Below, in pieces: positions 62,074 to 64,000 of a stretch of 64,000 nucleotides of DNA. This DNA comes from Dehalococcoidia bacterium (GTDB lineage Bacteria > Chloroflexota > Dehalococcoidia > Bin125): NCBI GenBank assembly GCA_963662615.2, contig CAXXSR010000001.1, positions 1,536,001 through 1,600,000 on the forward strand. Reading direction: 5' to 3'. Every line of letters begins with the position of its first letter. The first letter of the stretch is position 1. The notes below the pieces were generated by a model. The model saw only the letters and a program-made list of their open reading frames with translations, made no database searches and was not told where the DNA came from. The position numbers were made by a program, and so were the translations under genes.

Positions 62074-62400
62074 CCCGCCGCTGGGGCCCACGGGAGGCTT
62101 CGCCTGCCTCGCGGGCGATGCTCCGGAGCCGCGGCGCCGGGAGCGCGCGGTAGCGCGCTGCCGGCGCCGCGGCGGGCCACAGCGATGCGGTAGTGGGGCC
62201 CCGCGGCGGTCCAGACGGGCGGCGTCCTTCGCCCGGAGGGCCGAGGACGCTCCAGACCTTTGGCGGTGAAGAGACCGTCCGGTTGCCCCAGGGCAGGATG
62301 GGCGTCACGTCCGTTGTGACGGCTGGCCAGCTAAGCCGACAATAGCCCCGGCCGTCGGCAGGGCAGACGGTTGCGACCGGTTGAACGGAGACGCCAAGCA

Positions 62401-62748
62401 ATGCTTCGCTTCCGCGACCGCGACTGGTGGTGGACGAAGGAGCCGCTCGGCCTCGAGGATCCGGAGCCGGCGTTACTGGTGGCGATGCTCCGTCGACGCG
62501 GGGAGCGCGAGCGAGCGCACGTTTGGCTCGCCCGGCATCTGCACCGCCCCTACTCGCCGGCAACGGGACACGCATTCCTGTTCACCCTGCGCCAGAAGCT
62601 CGAAAGGGCCGGCGCTCCCCCGGACCTCGTCGCGGTGGACGCTGCTCAGAGGGCCATGGTGGCCGTTGACGCCGCCGCCGCGAATGACCCCGAGACGCGG
62701 GCCGAGATGGGGCTGGAGCCCGTCGATGCCCTCCCCGCGAGCGCCTGA
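62401..62748 (+). CDS. Hypothetical protein
   Basis: 115-aa ORF with normal codon usage. Confidence 0.5.
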   Translation: MLRFRDRDWWWTKEPLGLEDPEPALLVAMLRRRGERERAHVWLARHLHRPYSPATGHAFLFTLRQKLERAGAPPDLVAVDAAQRAMVAVDAAAANDPETRAEMGLEPVDALPASA

Positions 62749-62860
62749 GGCATCCGACAGCATCCCCGGGCGCATATTCAAATGCCGCGGCGGACCGATC
62801 CGGCGCGGGCCGCTACCATGGCGTTTCGCGAGAGGGTGGACAGTGACCGCAGGCCGGGCG

Positions 62861-63751
62861 ATGGTCAAATTCTGCCTGGGCGCGGGCTGCGCGGGCGCGG
62901 CCCTGGCGGCGTATGCCTGGCGCGAGTCGAAACGTGTGGAGCTCACCCACACGGTGATCCGCCTCCCTGAGCTCCCCGCCGGTCTGGAGGGGCTGCGCAT
63001 CCTCCATGTGGCGGATACGCATTTCCCCCGTAACCGCGAATCGCTGCCGCGCTTTCTGGACGCCGCCGCGAGTCTCGACTACGACATCGTTTTCGCCACG
63101 GGCGACTACGCGGACACGACGCGGGGCTGGCCGGTGGTCGCGGAGGCGTTCCGCCGGCTGGAGCCCAAGCTCGGCATCTACGCCGTGATCGGTGGCCACG
63201 AGAGGTACGCGCCGGCGCCACCGATCACGGAGGCGCTGCGGCTGCTCCGGCTCTTCCGCCGGGGCCGCAAACGGCGGCTTGTGGACCCAACGCCGCTCGT
63301 GCAGCAGCTGGAAGCCGCGGGCGTGCGGGTCCTCATCAATGCCAGCACGACGCTGGAGATCGGTGGCGAGGCGGTCCGGCTGATCGGGATCGATGACGCC
63401 TACCTCGGCCTCGACGACTTGGAGGCCGCAACAAAACCACGCGGCACGCCGGAGCCTGCGGCCTTCACGATCCTCCTGAGCCACTCACCGGATGGGGTCC
63501 CGCTCGCCACGACGGCAGCGATCCCTCTGGCGCTGAGCGGCCACACGCACGGGGGGCAGATTCGCGTGCCGTTCTACGGGGCGCCCGTTCGGCACGCCCG
63601 GGCCGTGGATCGGCGGCAGGCGGCCGGGCTGATGCGAATCGGCGGGACGCAGGTCTACGTGAGCCGCGGCTTCGGCACGACGGGTCTCCCGTTGCGCTTT
63701 GCCTGCAGACCCGAGCTGGGAGTGGTGGAGCTACGGCGGGAGACTGAATAA
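62861..63751 (+). CDS. Metallophosphoesterase (calcineurin-like, YkuE-type)
   Basis: HVADTH, TGD, GGHE, LLSHSPD, SGHTHGGQ, VSRGFG. Confidence 0.9.
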   Translation: MVKFCLGAGCAGAALAAYAWRESKRVELTHTVIRLPELPAGLEGLRILHVADTHFPRNRESLPRFLDAAASLDYDIVFATGDYADTTRGWPVVAEAFRRLEPKLGIYAVIGGHERYAPAPPITEALRLLRLFRRGRKRRLVDPTPLVQQLEAAGVRVLINASTTLEIGGEAVRLIGIDDAYLGLDDLEAATKPRGTPEPAAFTILLSHSPDGVPLATTAAIPLALSGHTHGGQIRVPFYGAPVRHARAVDRRQAAGLMRIGGTQVYVSRGFGTTGLPLRFACRPELGVVELRRETE

Positions 63752-64000
63752 CTTGCGGACCGGCCGGCATCATTGAAAGTTCGAATACAAGAGATTCACA
63801 TCGATTACGGCCGAGTGTGTGCAATCCAGAGAGGTAATGAGGGAGATTGGTCTCTGTGCGGCCGTCTAGCCTCATGCTTACGCTTGGGCGACGATCCGTT
63901 GCCGGATTTACTGTGGAATTCATTCCGCGCCTGATACGATCGTGGCACGCAGCCGAGCCTCGTCCCAATGGATGAGGGCGGGGGACCCAATCCTCTGGGG

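Noticed and set aside
63752-64000. Lower-GC tail that may begin another accessory element
   Set aside because: Too short and truncated by the window edge to support a call

Overview
High-GC bacterial chromosomal window. The gene content (LLM monooxygenase, class F sortase, DUF6391, NIL protein, TcuA, oxalyl-CoA decarboxylase-like enzyme, AddAB) suggests Chloroflexota/Dehalococcoidia, which is an inference. Most of it is housekeeping and catabolic genes. Highlights: (1) a c-di-AMP (ydaO) riboswitch with an intrinsic terminator, followed not by a credible ORF but by about 330 nt of highly structured sequence, a candidate riboswitch-controlled ncRNA; (2) tRNA-Arg(TCT) followed by two stacked integrase-less single-gene cassettes, each ending in a conserved ~140-bp arm plus a copy of the tRNA 3' half; (3) the first cassette's cargo is an OsmC-family selenoprotein (in-frame TGA plus SECIS-like hairpin) missed by the ORF track; (4) an IS1595-family element with exact TIRs and 8-bp TSD carrying a DUF433/PIN toxin-antitoxin pair, inserted in one of three secreted proteins that share a tandem Trp-rich repeat next to a sortase; (5) a CHASE kinase/RR/GGDEF block bounded by a duplicated 3' end of a CoA-transferase gene. 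At least six single-base frameshifts, mostly in G/C runs, and four transition-type nonsense codons point to assembly error or gene decay, so the pseudogene calls are provisional.
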